Shown here: positions 1 through 9,348 of the stretch, in pieces | Layout: every line of letters begins with the position of its first letter | Numbering within the stretch: the stretch's first letter is position 1 | From: a virus | Taxonomy: Duplodnaviria > Caudoviricetes | Length of the DNA: 64,000 bases | Strand: one strand, 5' to 3' | IMG/VR virus record: IMGVR_UViG_3300021400_000191 | Location: 1 to 64,000 of that record | Notes under the pieces: model-generated | Database searches by the model: none | The model's input: only the letters and a program-made list of their open reading frames with translations | What the model was told of the DNA's origin: nothing | Program-made: the position numbers and the translations under genes

Positions 1-267
1 TGCATCATCTTCTTCTGCTTCATTAGCAGGAGCATACGTTGCGGACATTTCCTGCTCGTGATCGTCAGTGTCTTCATCCATAGCATCAACGTGCGGAGGA
101 GTGTCACCGATCATATCTTCGTCGTCAATAGGCATACCGACAACAGTGACGTTCTTCAGAGCATACAGATACGTGTTCACAAAATGGTCCGCATACGTCT
201 TGTTGGAGAATGCTGCTGCAACTTCGGTACCAATCTTTACAATGTAAATTCTTTCCATAATGGTCAT
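1..267 (-). CDS. Hypothetical protein with acidic tail (partial, runs off the left edge)
   Basis: ATG at 267 (MTIMERIYIVKIG...) opens a frame that stays open to base 1; it overlaps the stop of the upstream ORF. Confidence 0.5.
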   Translation of the reverse strand, partial: MTIMERIYIVKIGTEVAAAFSNKTYADHFVNTYLYALKNVTVVGMPIDDEDMIGDTPPHVDAMDEDTDDHEQEMSATYAPANEAEEDDA

Positions 268-446
268 CCTTTCTTGTCATCAAAAACAATTTTGCCATCC
301 TCATCGACTGTGTAACCCGCACTTTCAAGCCAAGCTCTATCGGCTTTACGCTCGTCTTCAGCCATGAGGTCATCAACATCTTCGTCCCATTCATAGTTTG
401 CCATGTAATTGTTGACACTATTGGGATTCAGAGTTCCTTTAGCCAT
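264..446 (-). CDS. Small hypothetical phage protein
   Basis: ORF track; tightly packed with its neighbours on the coding strand. Confidence 0.5.
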   Translation of the reverse strand: MAKGTLNPNSVNNYMANYEWDEDVDDLMAEDERKADRAWLESAGYTVDEDGKIVFDDKKG

Positions 447-630
447 CTTCCTTCACCACACCCGGTATGTGCATCTCCTGCTCCAGATAATATTCTGTGC
501 ATAGACCGGGGTAGTCTTCAGGCTTGCGTTTTCCGTATGGGCAATGCTCGCAATCGTTTTCTTGGTTCAGGCACAGAATATCTGCGAGCTGATGCTCACT
601 TAATGTTTTGAGCCAGTCATAGATTGTCAT
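439..630 (-). CDS. Small Cys-rich hypothetical protein
   Basis: C..CxxCPY...C pattern; ATGA overlap with the upstream ORF. Confidence 0.55.
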   Translation of the reverse strand: MTIYDWLKTLSEHQLADILCLNQENDCEHCPYGKRKPEDYPGLCTEYYLEQEMHIPGVVKEDG

Positions 631-1034
631 CCTTCGTCGCCACCAGTCCGACGGCGCAGCAGATCCTGAAGCATGTCAAGTCTGCTGATTGACAGTGCAA
701 GTTTGTAGCTTTCTTTGTACGTCTGCGGATATGTTGTCTTGTCGATTTCTTTGATCTGTTCGCCGATTCCTTTGATCATGATCTGCATGAATTCATCAAT
801 GTCTTTTTTCTTATTCTTTTTCGCAAGTGCTGCTACCCATGTGTACCCATTACTGAGTCCGATGTTAGAGATATCACGCTCTTCCATCTTCTTGGCCCAT
901 TCTGCAGTAGTCAATCGATTCGCCTCACTTTCCTGTTGAACCCATTCCACCAGTTCTTTTCGTCTCTGTATGGTCGTCATCCGCAATACCATATTGCAGG
1001 AAGACACCCTGAACCACACGCTCACCCGCTTCAA
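627..1034 (-). CDS. Hypothetical protein (true start probably near 914, after the dUTPase stop)
   Basis: ORF track; the 5' part overlaps dut. Confidence 0.45.
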   Translation of the reverse strand: MKRVSVWFRVSSCNMVLRMTTIQRRKELVEWVQQESEANRLTTAEWAKKMEERDISNIGLSNGYTWVAALAKKNKKKDIDEFMQIMIKGIGEQIKEIDKTTYPQTYKESYKLALSISRLDMLQDLLRRRTGGDEG

Positions 1035-1419
1035 AGGTCTGCTTATCCTTGCCGAAGGATGTCAGCACAACATGGATATGACCCTCATTGTCCGCATCAT
1101 AGTAGTCAGCGTCGATAACTCCTGTGGTGTTCGCAAGAGAGATGCCATGTTTGATGCCCAGACTTGATCTGGGATAGAGCATGAGCACCCATTCAGGACT
1201 CATATGTGCTCTGATACCCGTGATCAGATGAGCTCCATTCTTAATAGAGAATTCATAAGGAATATAGAAGTCATATCCTGCAGCATTAGCAGTACTTCTC
1301 TGAGGAAGTTTAATATGATCATAGACATCCTGGACTTCTGAGAGCTTCGCATCTTTATCAACATACTTCAGATAGTCTTTATGAAATTGCTCAAAGGATA
1401 CCTTTTCAAACTGAATCAT
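925..1419 (-). CDS. dut: Trimeric dUTPase
   Basis: Motifs AGYDF, PRSSLG, GVIDADYY, GERVVQG, RTGGMGSTG; GGCGGTGAG RBS before ATG at 1419. Confidence 0.93.
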   Translation of the reverse strand: MIQFEKVSFEQFHKDYLKYVDKDAKLSEVQDVYDHIKLPQRSTANAAGYDFYIPYEFSIKNGAHLITGIRAHMSPEWVLMLYPRSSLGIKHGISLANTTGVIDADYYDADNEGHIHVVLTSFGKDKQTFEAGERVVQGVFLQYGIADDDHTETKRTGGMGSTGK

Positions 1420-1445
1420 TTGAGACTCACCGCCATTCTTTTTAT

Positions 1446-1474
1446 TTCCATTATGTCTCATTTAGAATGTGCCA
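1446..1474 (-). promoter_or_regulatory. Repeated phage promoter-like motif, copy 1 (TGGCACATTCTAAATGAGACATAATGGAA)
   Basis: Near-identical copies at 17187-17212, 31392-31423 and 41683-41714; always intergenic and oriented with the downstream genes. Confidence 0.7.
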
Positions 1475-1476
1475 TC

Positions 1477-1941
1477 TTAATCCTTGAAGTTTCGTCTCGC
1501 ATATTCAGCCATGAGCAGAGCTTCAGCCATACCATCTGAATCTTTGCGAGCTCTTGAGCTTGGGATCAGAGAGACATTCGGAAAAAGCTGCTTGCACAAG
1601 TCAATTGACTTCTGCTTATCAGAGTCGAGACCAAATTCGCCTTTCCATCTGCGCGGATCAACACGCTCATACGGTACACCGAGCGTCTGGATCACACCTT
1701 CAATAAAGCCTGCGCTCTTGCCGAAGTTAAATGTGCTGGTCACGCCACGGTAACCAGTCGCATTGTCACTCGGAAATGCGTGAACGCCTTCAAGGCAGAT
1801 CTTTGCAGGCTTTTCAATTTTTTTTAACCATTCGATAAACCCTTCGTCATTCCAGATGTGTGTCTCTACAACGTCACCATTGATCGCTGCATAGCCGCCA
1901 TATCTGCCGGGATCAATACCTATATAAACCATAGGAACCAC
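1477..1941 (-). CDS. RuvC-like Holliday junction resolvase
   Basis: YIGIDPG N-terminus, catalytic E (ICLEG), F.FG...G, P..WK, DGMAEALLMA. Confidence 0.85.
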   Translation of the reverse strand: MVPMVYIGIDPGRYGGYAAINGDVVETHIWNDEGFIEWLKKIEKPAKICLEGVHAFPSDNATGYRGVTSTFNFGKSAGFIEGVIQTLGVPYERVDPRRWKGEFGLDSDKQKSIDLCKQLFPNVSLIPSSRARKDSDGMAEALLMAEYARRNFKD

Positions 1942-1945
1942 TTCC

Positions 1946-2266
1946 TTACGTGTTATCTCCTATGACAAGCAGGTCGCCGGTATTCAGCAGCTTGTACTTT
2001 CTTGCCAAGCTTGTGTCGATTCCATAATGAAACACGCCATTCTCGAAGCGAACCATCCCAGAGTCGATCTCACCATCAACAACTCTGGCAACAAAGTCTC
2101 CTTCGAAAATTGGCGTATTGTTCTTGTCATAGTTTCCTGTCCATTCACCGAGCGTATCTTTCATAATGGGTACGCCCATGATCAATACATGGTTTTCATC
2201 TATAACTGGTATGCCATATACCCATTTCTTATTGTATGTTTTACCGCGAAACACGATCTCTCTCAT
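1946..2266 (-). CDS. YopX-family phage protein
   Basis: MREIVFRGK...WVYG...TG..DKN..PIFEGD...VIGD pattern. Confidence 0.85.
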   Translation of the reverse strand: MREIVFRGKTYNKKWVYGIPVIDENHVLIMGVPIMKDTLGEWTGNYDKNNTPIFEGDFVARVVDGEIDSGMVRFENGVFHYGIDTSLARKYKLLNTGDLLVIGDNT

Positions 2267-3081
2267 GCTGATCTCCTCATTCTTTCAACTGTTGGCAGGA
2301 TGCCATGCTTCTTCATCAACTCATAGATAAACAATCTGCCTCTCTGCGTCCATTTAAGATGCAGAGCAGCAAAACTATAACCATTGTGCTCAATTGCATT
2401 TGTCACTGTTTGTGCGTAACCTTTATTCTTGTATTTTGAGTACAGCACCCATGTACCATTCACCTTGTATTGCACACCCCAATCATGGAGCATCTGATTC
2501 AGAGCCTGTGGGCTCAACCCATAATCAGCGGCAATCTCTGTTGTCGTCAGAAGATTCGGACATTGCATGACGATGTCATAGTACTCAGCTTTTGGTCTTG
2601 CAATACTGAGTTCTTCTGTAACAACCGTCAGCTGCTGCGTAGTTTCTGCAAGCTTTTGATTTGCTGTCTTTACCTCGACCATCATCTGCTTGAGATATAC
2701 AGATTCTGCACCAGTAACAGACGGAAAATATGTCTGGATAAACAGATCTTCGTCGGCAACATATCCACCGGTTTTACGAATTGACGGTATTACTTCATGA
2801 GTAATCCAACGTTTAAACGCCTTGGCTTCAGGCTTGCGGGAACGAAGGATCAGAGAATAAAGTCCGGCTTCACTAATAATAACCACATTCTGGTCTCCGC
2901 CAGGGGTGTGCATAGTATGCACCCCCTTTTCATCTTCATCGAGAATGCGAATAGATGTTGTAGGATCTTTAACACCAAGGGCTTTACATGCATCAACACC
3001 AACAAACCACGGATTATCATCGATAAGCAATGATCTGACTGTGCCAAAAACATCATGAGAAAAAGATATAATATTATTCAT
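2263..3081 (-). CDS. BRO-N / KilAC phage antirepressor
   Basis: PWFVGVDACKALG, ISEAGLYSLILRSRKPEAKAFKRWITHEVIPSIRKTGGY, C-terminal PKAEYYD...WTQRGRLFI. Confidence 0.9.
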   Translation of the reverse strand: MNNIISFSHDVFGTVRSLLIDDNPWFVGVDACKALGVKDPTTSIRILDEDEKGVHTMHTPGGDQNVVIISEAGLYSLILRSRKPEAKAFKRWITHEVIPSIRKTGGYVADEDLFIQTYFPSVTGAESVYLKQMMVEVKTANQKLAETTQQLTVVTEELSIARPKAEYYDIVMQCPNLLTTTEIAADYGLSPQALNQMLHDWGVQYKVNGTWVLYSKYKNKGYAQTVTNAIEHNGYSFAALHLKWTQRGRLFIYELMKKHGILPTVERMRRSA

Positions 3082-3727
3082 GCATTATCTCCTCAGCAAT
3101 GTCGTCAAACACACACGGATACATTTCATGTGCTTTCTCAAAGAGCATGATCATAAGACTGCGCATCTGCGGATATGCTGCTCGGTCTGCACGAAGCTTG
3201 AAAATTGTGCGCCATTCGCGAAGGTTCGCCGACATCACGATGGTGCATGCCGTTGAATTGGGCAACACTTCTCTTGCTTCCTGTGCGTTACATTCTTTGT
3301 CGAGCAGCTCATTGTATTGATCCTCTGCGGACTGCATCTGTTTAGACCAAATCTTGGTTCTTTCTTCTTTGAGATCGAACCATTCAGGTTTGATGAAATG
3401 CACATCTCCATCTTTGTTTTCCTTGACATACCGCTGGCTCTCTACGCAATAACTTGCGAGCCTATGACGTGTGATCTCGGCAAGCACTGCTCTTGATGTG
3501 TACAGTTCAACAGTCATGTTGCCGAATTCCAGTGGGGCTTCATGCCCCCGTGCAATCAGTCTACGAATAAACCCATCATAACTGTAATCGGTAATCTTAT
3601 CGTGCGTCCGATAACAGTTGCGACCAGCGTACTCAATCATCTTCATCTGCGAGATCGGGTCCGAGGTCAAGATCGTCGCTTTCTGTGTCTCCAGTTTCAT
3701 CTTCTTCAAGGTCCTCCATATCTTCAA
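3074..3727 (-). CDS. thyX: FAD-dependent thymidylate synthase
   Basis: RHRxxSxxxxSxR signature (RHRLASYCVESQRY), GHEAPLEF, AREVLP, NLREWR. Confidence 0.93.
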   Translation of the reverse strand: MKIWRTLKKMKLETQKATILTSDPISQMKMIEYAGRNCYRTHDKITDYSYDGFIRRLIARGHEAPLEFGNMTVELYTSRAVLAEITRHRLASYCVESQRYVKENKDGDVHFIKPEWFDLKEERTKIWSKQMQSAEDQYNELLDKECNAQEAREVLPNSTACTIVMSANLREWRTIFKLRADRAAYPQMRSLMIMLFEKAHEMYPCVFDDIAEEIMHE

Positions 3728-4046
3728 ACATGGGAGTATCGTATATTTTTATGTTCTCAGACTCACGAGAAGCCTTGCCTGCACGTCTGGAGTTTGCTCT
3801 TTCGATAGAATTAAGCAGCCCTGTCACACCTACAGGCGAGGCAACAACCGTATCATTGTCTAAAAAAATAGCCGCCTTGACAGTGTTCCTGCCAGCGGCG
3901 TTGATCAGGGTCTTTGCTCGCTTCTCAGTCTTGATTGCTTCGCGAGCTTGAAAAGACTCCGTGCTCATGATAACTGTAACCCTGGTCGCACATACTGCAC
4001 AGTGCGGCCCAACTTTAAAAAACTTTAAAGGTAAAAAATAACCCAT
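3633..4046 (-). CDS. RemA/DUF370-like protein with acidic C-terminal tail
   Basis: KFFKVG...RVTVIMSTES...LINAAGRNTVKAAIFLDNDTVVAS aligns by eye with Bacillus RemA (YlzA). Confidence 0.65.
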   Translation of the reverse strand: MGYFLPLKFFKVGPHCAVCATRVTVIMSTESFQAREAIKTEKRAKTLINAAGRNTVKAAIFLDNDTVVASPVGVTGLLNSIERANSRRAGKASRESENIKIYDTPMFEDMEDLEEDETGDTESDDLDLGPDLADEDD

Positions 4047-4052
4047 TAAACA

Positions 4053-4340
4053 TCATCCTTCGTCAACGAAGAATGTGTCATCACCATAAGTCTGCGCAAA
4101 ATAAGTTCCGTTGCTCAAATAATGTGAATCACCGTAGCTGACAGCAGCAATGTTGCCGCCAACATCTGTGTGTACTTTGTCATCAAACATGCCTTCGTAG
4201 CTTGCCCCAACACACTTGCCACCGCTGTCGAAATGCAGCTCCTGTCCCGGGACCAAACCCTCCATCGTCTCGCCTACGTAATGACCACTCCCGTCATAAT
4301 ACTGAGTCGTCCCAAACAACCCTTTGACAGCATGAATCAT
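4053..4340 (-). CDS. Hypothetical protein with short beta-repeats (xYD/FDxxGxxVG)
   Basis: ORF track; GAAAGGA RBS; three ~22-aa internal repeats. Confidence 0.55.
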   Translation of the reverse strand: MIHAVKGLFGTTQYYDGSGHYVGETMEGLVPGQELHFDSGGKCVGASYEGMFDDKVHTDVGGNIAAVSYGDSHYLSNGTYFAQTYGDDTFFVDEG

Positions 4341-4355
4341 ATTAACATCCTTTCA

Positions 4356-6287
4356 TTATGCAATCTTTACATAATCAGACAGATTCCAATATCCCTTTTT
4401 GTCCTGATAATACTTCTTACAAAAGATAAACTGACCTTTATTGACTGGTGTCTTGTCATATGTGCCAGCCCGCACAGTAAACCTTGACTCAATCCCTGAG
4501 CCGAGAGACTGCGTGACCAATGCATACGCCCACACTTCGCCTGTTGTTCTGCTTTTCAGCGGTATTACATCCTTCACATATACATTAGGGCGGTCCTCAT
4601 TACGACCAGACACATATCCGTTGAACCCCATGATCTCTGCGAAGTCTTTTGCTTTGTGCAATAGTGTGTTATCTGCAATTCCTTTGCTCTTTATGTATGC
4701 TTCCATAGCTTTGAGATAGCCGACCCTATCAATGATCTTGCCAGTCTTTGCGTCCTTGCCTTTCGGCGGTTGCACAAAGTCTTTGATCATTTCAAAGTAT
4801 GGTTCGCCTTTAATGCTGTCCATATTTACAGTTACTTTGAAGCACTCCCACATTGTTTTGATCTGCTTCAGCTCATTCTGGTTGCCAAACTCTGGCGAGA
4901 AGAAGTCAAGAGTGATCAGCTTATCGAGCAGCGTCAAGTTCAGCCGAACCTGATGTGTCTTCAAAGCCTCGAGCAGATCAATGAATGTTTCGAAGTGCTC
5001 ACCACAATGGCAAAGCGCATACAGACTGTCGCCCTGACCTTCGCCGAACCCTTTGATCGACATGATACCTTGGGCAATAACCTTATGCTCTGGATCGCAA
5101 CCATAACCATCCTTGGAAATACCAAACTTCGGCATACCAATCGTGATCCTGCGAGTCTTTGCCATCTTTGTTCCTGTTGCAATATCATCTTCATTGTTCG
5201 CATTATCAAGATACGAAGCGATGAACTGTACGGGATAATAATGACGAAGCCATGCGAACATATAAGTCACAAGACTATATGCAACAGCATGGTTATAGTT
5301 AAACGAATAACCTGATGCGTCCTTGATAACCTGAAGCATATCTGCGCATTCTTTCTCGGCAACCTCTCTGGGCTGAGGTGAGAGCTTGCAGTATCCTTCG
5401 CGGATCAGTTCGACATCCTTGGCGACCTTCTCTTCTTTCTTCTTGGCAATATCTCTTCGCACACTGTCTGCCTGACCACCGGTGAAACCACACAGCTTAA
5501 TCAGAGCTGCAATGATCTGTTCCTGATACACAAGATATCCGTAACTGTCTGCGAAAAGCTGGTCCATTTCCGCTGTCGGATTCTTGTTTGGAATGTGGTT
5601 GTACACTTTATCTCTGTACGAGGCGCCACTCGGTCGCAGACATGCAGAGATCAGAGCAAGGTCTTTCACGGAGCGAGGCTGGAATTTGCGGATAGCATCG
5701 GCTGCGAACGGGCTTTCAAACTGGAAGAGCCCATCAGCATCCTTATCGATCTCGTCCCATACAGCCTGGTCGTCCCAGTCAAGTGTGTTATATCTGAGCA
5801 AAGGAATATTTGCAAGCTTGCAGGCATCCCTGATAACAGCCAAGCTTTTCAGACCAAGGAAGTCATACTTAGCCAGACCAACATCATGCGTTGCATCCAT
5901 GTTCAGGAGCAAGCACTGGACACCGTCCTTATAGAAGGTTCCATAGTTGCTTGTGATGTCAACCGGCGAGATCACCATGCCCGCAGGATGTACACTCTGC
6001 GAGATGGTCACGCCAGCCAGACCATCGTAATAATAAAAGAGGTCAGGATACTGCTCTCTCGCTTCTTGAGGCGCACGTTCATGCAGCTTCTTGATCTCTT
6101 TTATTTCATCGTATGAATATTTCTCTGGGTTCTTCTGGTGCAACACCTTACCGACACAGTCGATGATCGCCTTGTCTGCGAGAGTGCCGTATGATCCTAC
6201 TCGTGCAGTGTTGCGCTCGCCAAATCTGTCGAGAATATACTTGAAGATCTTGGGACGGTCATCTTCTGCAACAATATCAACGTCGAT
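4356..6287 (-). CDS. dnaE: DNA polymerase III alpha subunit (DnaE-type), exon 2
   Basis: IDVD..., HPAGMVI, KYDFLGL, LFQFES, LRP, YQEQI, YSFNYNHAVAYS; the frame is open from 6287. Confidence 0.92.
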   Translation of the reverse strand: MDVDIVAEDDRPKIFKYILDRFGERNTARVGSYGTLADKAIIDCVGKVLHQKNPEKYSYDEIKEIKKLHERAPQEAREQYPDLFYYYDGLAGVTISQSVHPAGMVISPVDITSNYGTFYKDGVQCLLLNMDATHDVGLAKYDFLGLKSLAVIRDACKLANIPLLRYNTLDWDDQAVWDEIDKDADGLFQFESPFAADAIRKFQPRSVKDLALISACLRPSGASYRDKVYNHIPNKNPTAEMDQLFADSYGYLVYQEQIIAALIKLCGFTGGQADSVRRDIAKKKEEKVAKDVELIREGYCKLSPQPREVAEKECADMLQVIKDASGYSFNYNHAVAYSLVTYMFAWLRHYYPVQFIASYLDNANNEDDIATGTKMAKTRRITIGMPKFGISKDGYGCDPEHKVIAQGIMSIKGFGEGQGDSLYALCHCGEHFETFIDLLEALKTHQVRLNLTLLDKLITLDFFSPEFGNQNELKQIKTMWECFKVTVNMDSIKGEPYFEMIKDFVQPPKGKDAKTGKIIDRVGYLKAMEAYIKSKGIADNTLLHKAKDFAEIMGFNGYVSGRNEDRPNVYVKDVIPLKSRTTGEVWAYALVTQSLGSGIESRFTVRAGTYDKTPVNKGQFIFCKKYYQDKKGYWNLSDYVKIA

Positions 6288-7118
6288 CCTTTGTACCCTC
6301 GGTTTCCCGATATTTCTTAGGGGAGTAGACTATTTCTTCATCTGCTTTTAAGCAGAGGATGGCACTTCCATGCTGGAGTTTCACCAGTCATGTACTCCTT
6401 TCGGATAGTCGTTACAGTTTTCAAGAACATATCTTTTCAATGGTATAACCTTTGGAGCAATGATATTTCTTCAGCGATTGCACGGACAAATTAAGATTAT
6501 GTTCTTTCACAAATCTGCCGATCTCATTGACTCCATCAAAAATGCCAAGCAATCTATTGCTTGGTGAATAGAATTTCCATTGAATATAATGACGTCGTGG
6601 CCCCATGTGTGATGTCTTATAAGACTTATGAATGTTTTCTTTTTGAGTAATCCATTCCAGATTTGATGCTTTATTGTTTCGATTGTCGCCATCAATATGA
6701 TTGACAACCGCTCCTTCGAAATATCCAGGCACAAAATATTGAGCAACAAGTCTGTGGACCATAAATGTTCTCTGCTCGTTGTTATTGCAGCAGATTACAT
6801 TCAAATACTTCTGCTTGTTATGCCCACACTTCTGCTTTATTTCATGCATTGAGCCATCTTTGCATCTGTTGGACACCCTATTACAAAGCACACGACCCAT
6901 ATTTGTTATATAATATCCTTCAAATTCATCGATAGGTTTCATAATTTCTTCTTCCATATCGATCACCCTTTCTTTGAATTGAAAGGATATGTTCTTGACT
7001 TACCACGGCGTTACCATTTAACAGGTTTCGCCGTTAGCACAGATCTAATCTGCACACCCAGCATATGCTGGTTCACCATCTTGTTTTCTGTATGTCGCCA
7101 TACAGGGAGACAATATTT
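6288..7118 (-). mobile_element. Group I self-splicing intron in dnaE
   Basis: P1 helix GGAGAU/aaauauu/GUCUCC with a U.G pair at the splice site; GACUA...AAGAAAUAGUC P7 pairing; terminal G at 6288; removal fuses the exons in frame and restores GD|IDVD. Confidence 0.9.
6421..6966 (-). CDS. Intron-encoded NUMOD4-HNH homing endonuclease
   Basis: KPIDEFEGYYITNMGRV, VHRLVAQYF, VNHIDGDNRNNKASNLEW. Confidence 0.9.
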   Translation of the reverse strand: MIDMEEEIMKPIDEFEGYYITNMGRVLCNRVSNRCKDGSMHEIKQKCGHNKQKYLNVICCNNNEQRTFMVHRLVAQYFVPGYFEGAVVNHIDGDNRNNKASNLEWITQKENIHKSYKTSHMGPRRHYIQWKFYSPSNRLLGIFDGVNEIGRFVKEHNLNLSVQSLKKYHCSKGYTIEKICS

Positions 7119-8345
7119 ATCTCCAATCTCGACGCGTTCTTCGTTTGCAAATCTTGAAAACACCGTATTTAGATCTTCAGGGTTCAAGTCTACGATGCCT
7201 ACAATGTAGGCAATACGGCTCCCGGATACAGAGCCTCGACCCGGCCCAACAGGAATGTTATGATCACGGCAGAACTTAATGAGCTCTGCCATCGAGAGCA
7301 TAAATCCAGTCATGTCAAGCTTTTTGAAGACAGCCATCTCTTCATCAATTGCTGCCTTAAAAGCTTCAACCTGATCTGGTTTAATCGCCCCAGACTCGCA
7401 CTTGTTGGCGAATTCTGTTGCGACCAACTCTTCGAACTTCTTTGTATCGTTCTCACGCGAACCATACAATATTGGATATTTGATTGCCGTATCAATCGGC
7501 ACATCCTCTACGCTGTCTGCCATGACATTTGTGTTTTCGATTGCCTGAAGAAACACTTCTTCTGGCAATACACCCTGTTGCCGATAAGCTTCAACGAGCT
7601 CATCATATGTCTTCCATGTCAGGTCGAACTTATCTTCATCAGGATAGTGCTGGTTCTTATATTCCATCAGCACCTGTCTGCACTCTGCATGGTACTTGTC
7701 CAATGAGTGCGTATCGGTTCCTGCAATGAGAGGTTTGCCAAGCTGACATGAAAGTTGCCAGAGCAGGACATTGTATGCCTTCTGCTCTGGCGTATCATGA
7801 TGCTGAATCTCCAGATAATCATAATGCCGCGCAAGCTCCATATACCTTGGATGCTCGAGCGGCAGTTTGGACAATGGTCCGGCGATACATGCAGAGATTT
7901 TGATCACATTGTCTGAGATCTGAAGAAATTCATCAAAGGATATTCTGTTGTTGTAATAGGTGTGGTCATCTCTCGTTGACAGCTGAATGAGGTTGAACAA
8001 TTCCTGCCGACCAGCCTCATTCTTTGCGATCAGAATGGTGTGATAGTTATCACGCTTCTTCTCAGCAAAGCTTTCGGTCATATAGATCTCAACACCATTC
8101 AGATATTTCAGCGGAGGTCTGGGAGGCAGACCCTCCTCCGCTCTTTTCTTATTCAGTGCGTCGATCTTGCTCTTGCACAGGAGCTGGTTCGCTGCCCATT
8201 CACGGTTCAGGCCATGTTCTGAGCATCCAAGAGCGACCATGCCGCATTCGATAGCCTTATCGACATACTCTTCAAAGCTCGTACTGCTGTCAAGGAGACT
8301 CTTCATTGTATGCATGTGATATGGGGTATAGTTCATTGTTCTCAC
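7119..8345 (-). CDS. dnaE: DNA polymerase III alpha subunit (DnaE-type), exon 1 (PHP domain)
   Basis: HMHTMKSLLD, EHG, GVEIY, HTILIAKN, SAC, DTH, GPGRGSVSGS, FSRF. Confidence 0.92.
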
Positions 8346-8351
8346 CTTGCT

Positions 8352-8585
8352 TTATACGTTTATCATATATGCATCGGCCAGTTCTTTGACCATATAGTAT
8401 TTCCCATTGAACTCATAGCCCAGACGCATGATGCCGGTTTCGGTCCGCACGTAGATGCTTGTATGCTTCTTCGTTATGTGCTTCCACATGAGCGGGATCT
8501 CACCAAGCATTTTCTTCCACAGTGTTTCATTGACTTCAACCATTACTCTCCCTTTCTCGGCGGTTTTGTGCTGCCATAAGCACAA
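8352..8585 (-). CDS. Hypothetical protein
   Basis: ORF track; packed in the operon. Confidence 0.45.
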   Translation of the reverse strand: MCLWQHKTAEKGRVMVEVNETLWKKMLGEIPLMWKHITKKHTSIYVRTETGIMRLGYEFNGKYYMVKELADAYMINV

Positions 8586-9337
8586 TACGCTCGCATACCA
8601 CAGATTTCATTGCAGAAAACATCTGGCTTATCCTTCATCTGGATCATGTTCAGCATATCGTTTTCTGTAATTTCGTCCATAATATTCTTTGCCCACTCAA
8701 GCGTTTCTTCATATTCAGCCTGATCAAAAGGCTGCTCAATGATCATACCACCTTCACGGAACAAATTAAAGGCAAGAGTCTTGGGCCATTCTCCAAGAGC
8801 TTCATACGCAAACTTACTGTACAACAGCTGCTGCTTCCAGATCGTCTTGCGCTCCTTCTTGAAGGTTGACAGAGATTTACTCTTATGGTCGAGGATGATC
8901 AGCCCGCCATTCTTCCGATCCCGGAGCATCATATCAATGATACCCTTGAAATTATGGTCGCCGATCTTGGTTGAGTAAGTCTTTTCTGTTGCCAGAATAT
9001 CATAGCCAGGAAAGCCGTCGAAGTTCTCACAGTAGGCCAGACCAGCATCGTACATCTTCTCAGAGATGCCGCGCATATATCTGGGAAACGGAACCGTGAC
9101 CGACTCCGCATACCGCTCCTTGTATTCTTCCGGCAACTGGTCGATCTCAAGCTGCCCTTTTGCCCATTCATCAATGAGTGCATGGATCAGCGAACCATAT
9201 TGGGCAAATGCGTTTTCGGATTCTTCAAGCGGGCCTTCTTCAATGTACTTCAGGAAATAATTGTAATGACATGTTGCATAAGTCGTGAGCTGAGTGTAGC
9301 TGAAGACAAAGTCTTTATCACCCGGCAGCAAACGCAT
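8543..9337 (-). CDS. PD-(D/E)XK RecB/Cas4-like exonuclease
   Basis: FSYTQL..Y..C, GSLIH, E...GIID...DHKS, QQLLY, C-terminal CxxxC...C. Confidence 0.85.
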   Translation of the reverse strand: MRLLPGDKDFVFSYTQLTTYATCHYNYFLKYIEEGPLEESENAFAQYGSLIHALIDEWAKGQLEIDQLPEEYKERYAESVTVPFPRYMRGISEKMYDAGLAYCENFDGFPGYDILATEKTYSTKIGDHNFKGIIDMMLRDRKNGGLIILDHKSKSLSTFKKERKTIWKQQLLYSKFAYEALGEWPKTLAFNLFREGGMIIEQPFDQAEYEETLEWAKNIMDEITENDMLNMIQMKDKPDVFCNEICGMRAYCAYGSTKPPRKGE

Positions 9338-9348
9338 ACCACCACTCC

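Noticed and set aside
6147-7118. dnaE as a pseudogene or intein-split gene
   Set aside because: The insertion has stops and group I intron RNA hallmarks, and precise removal restores the frame and active site
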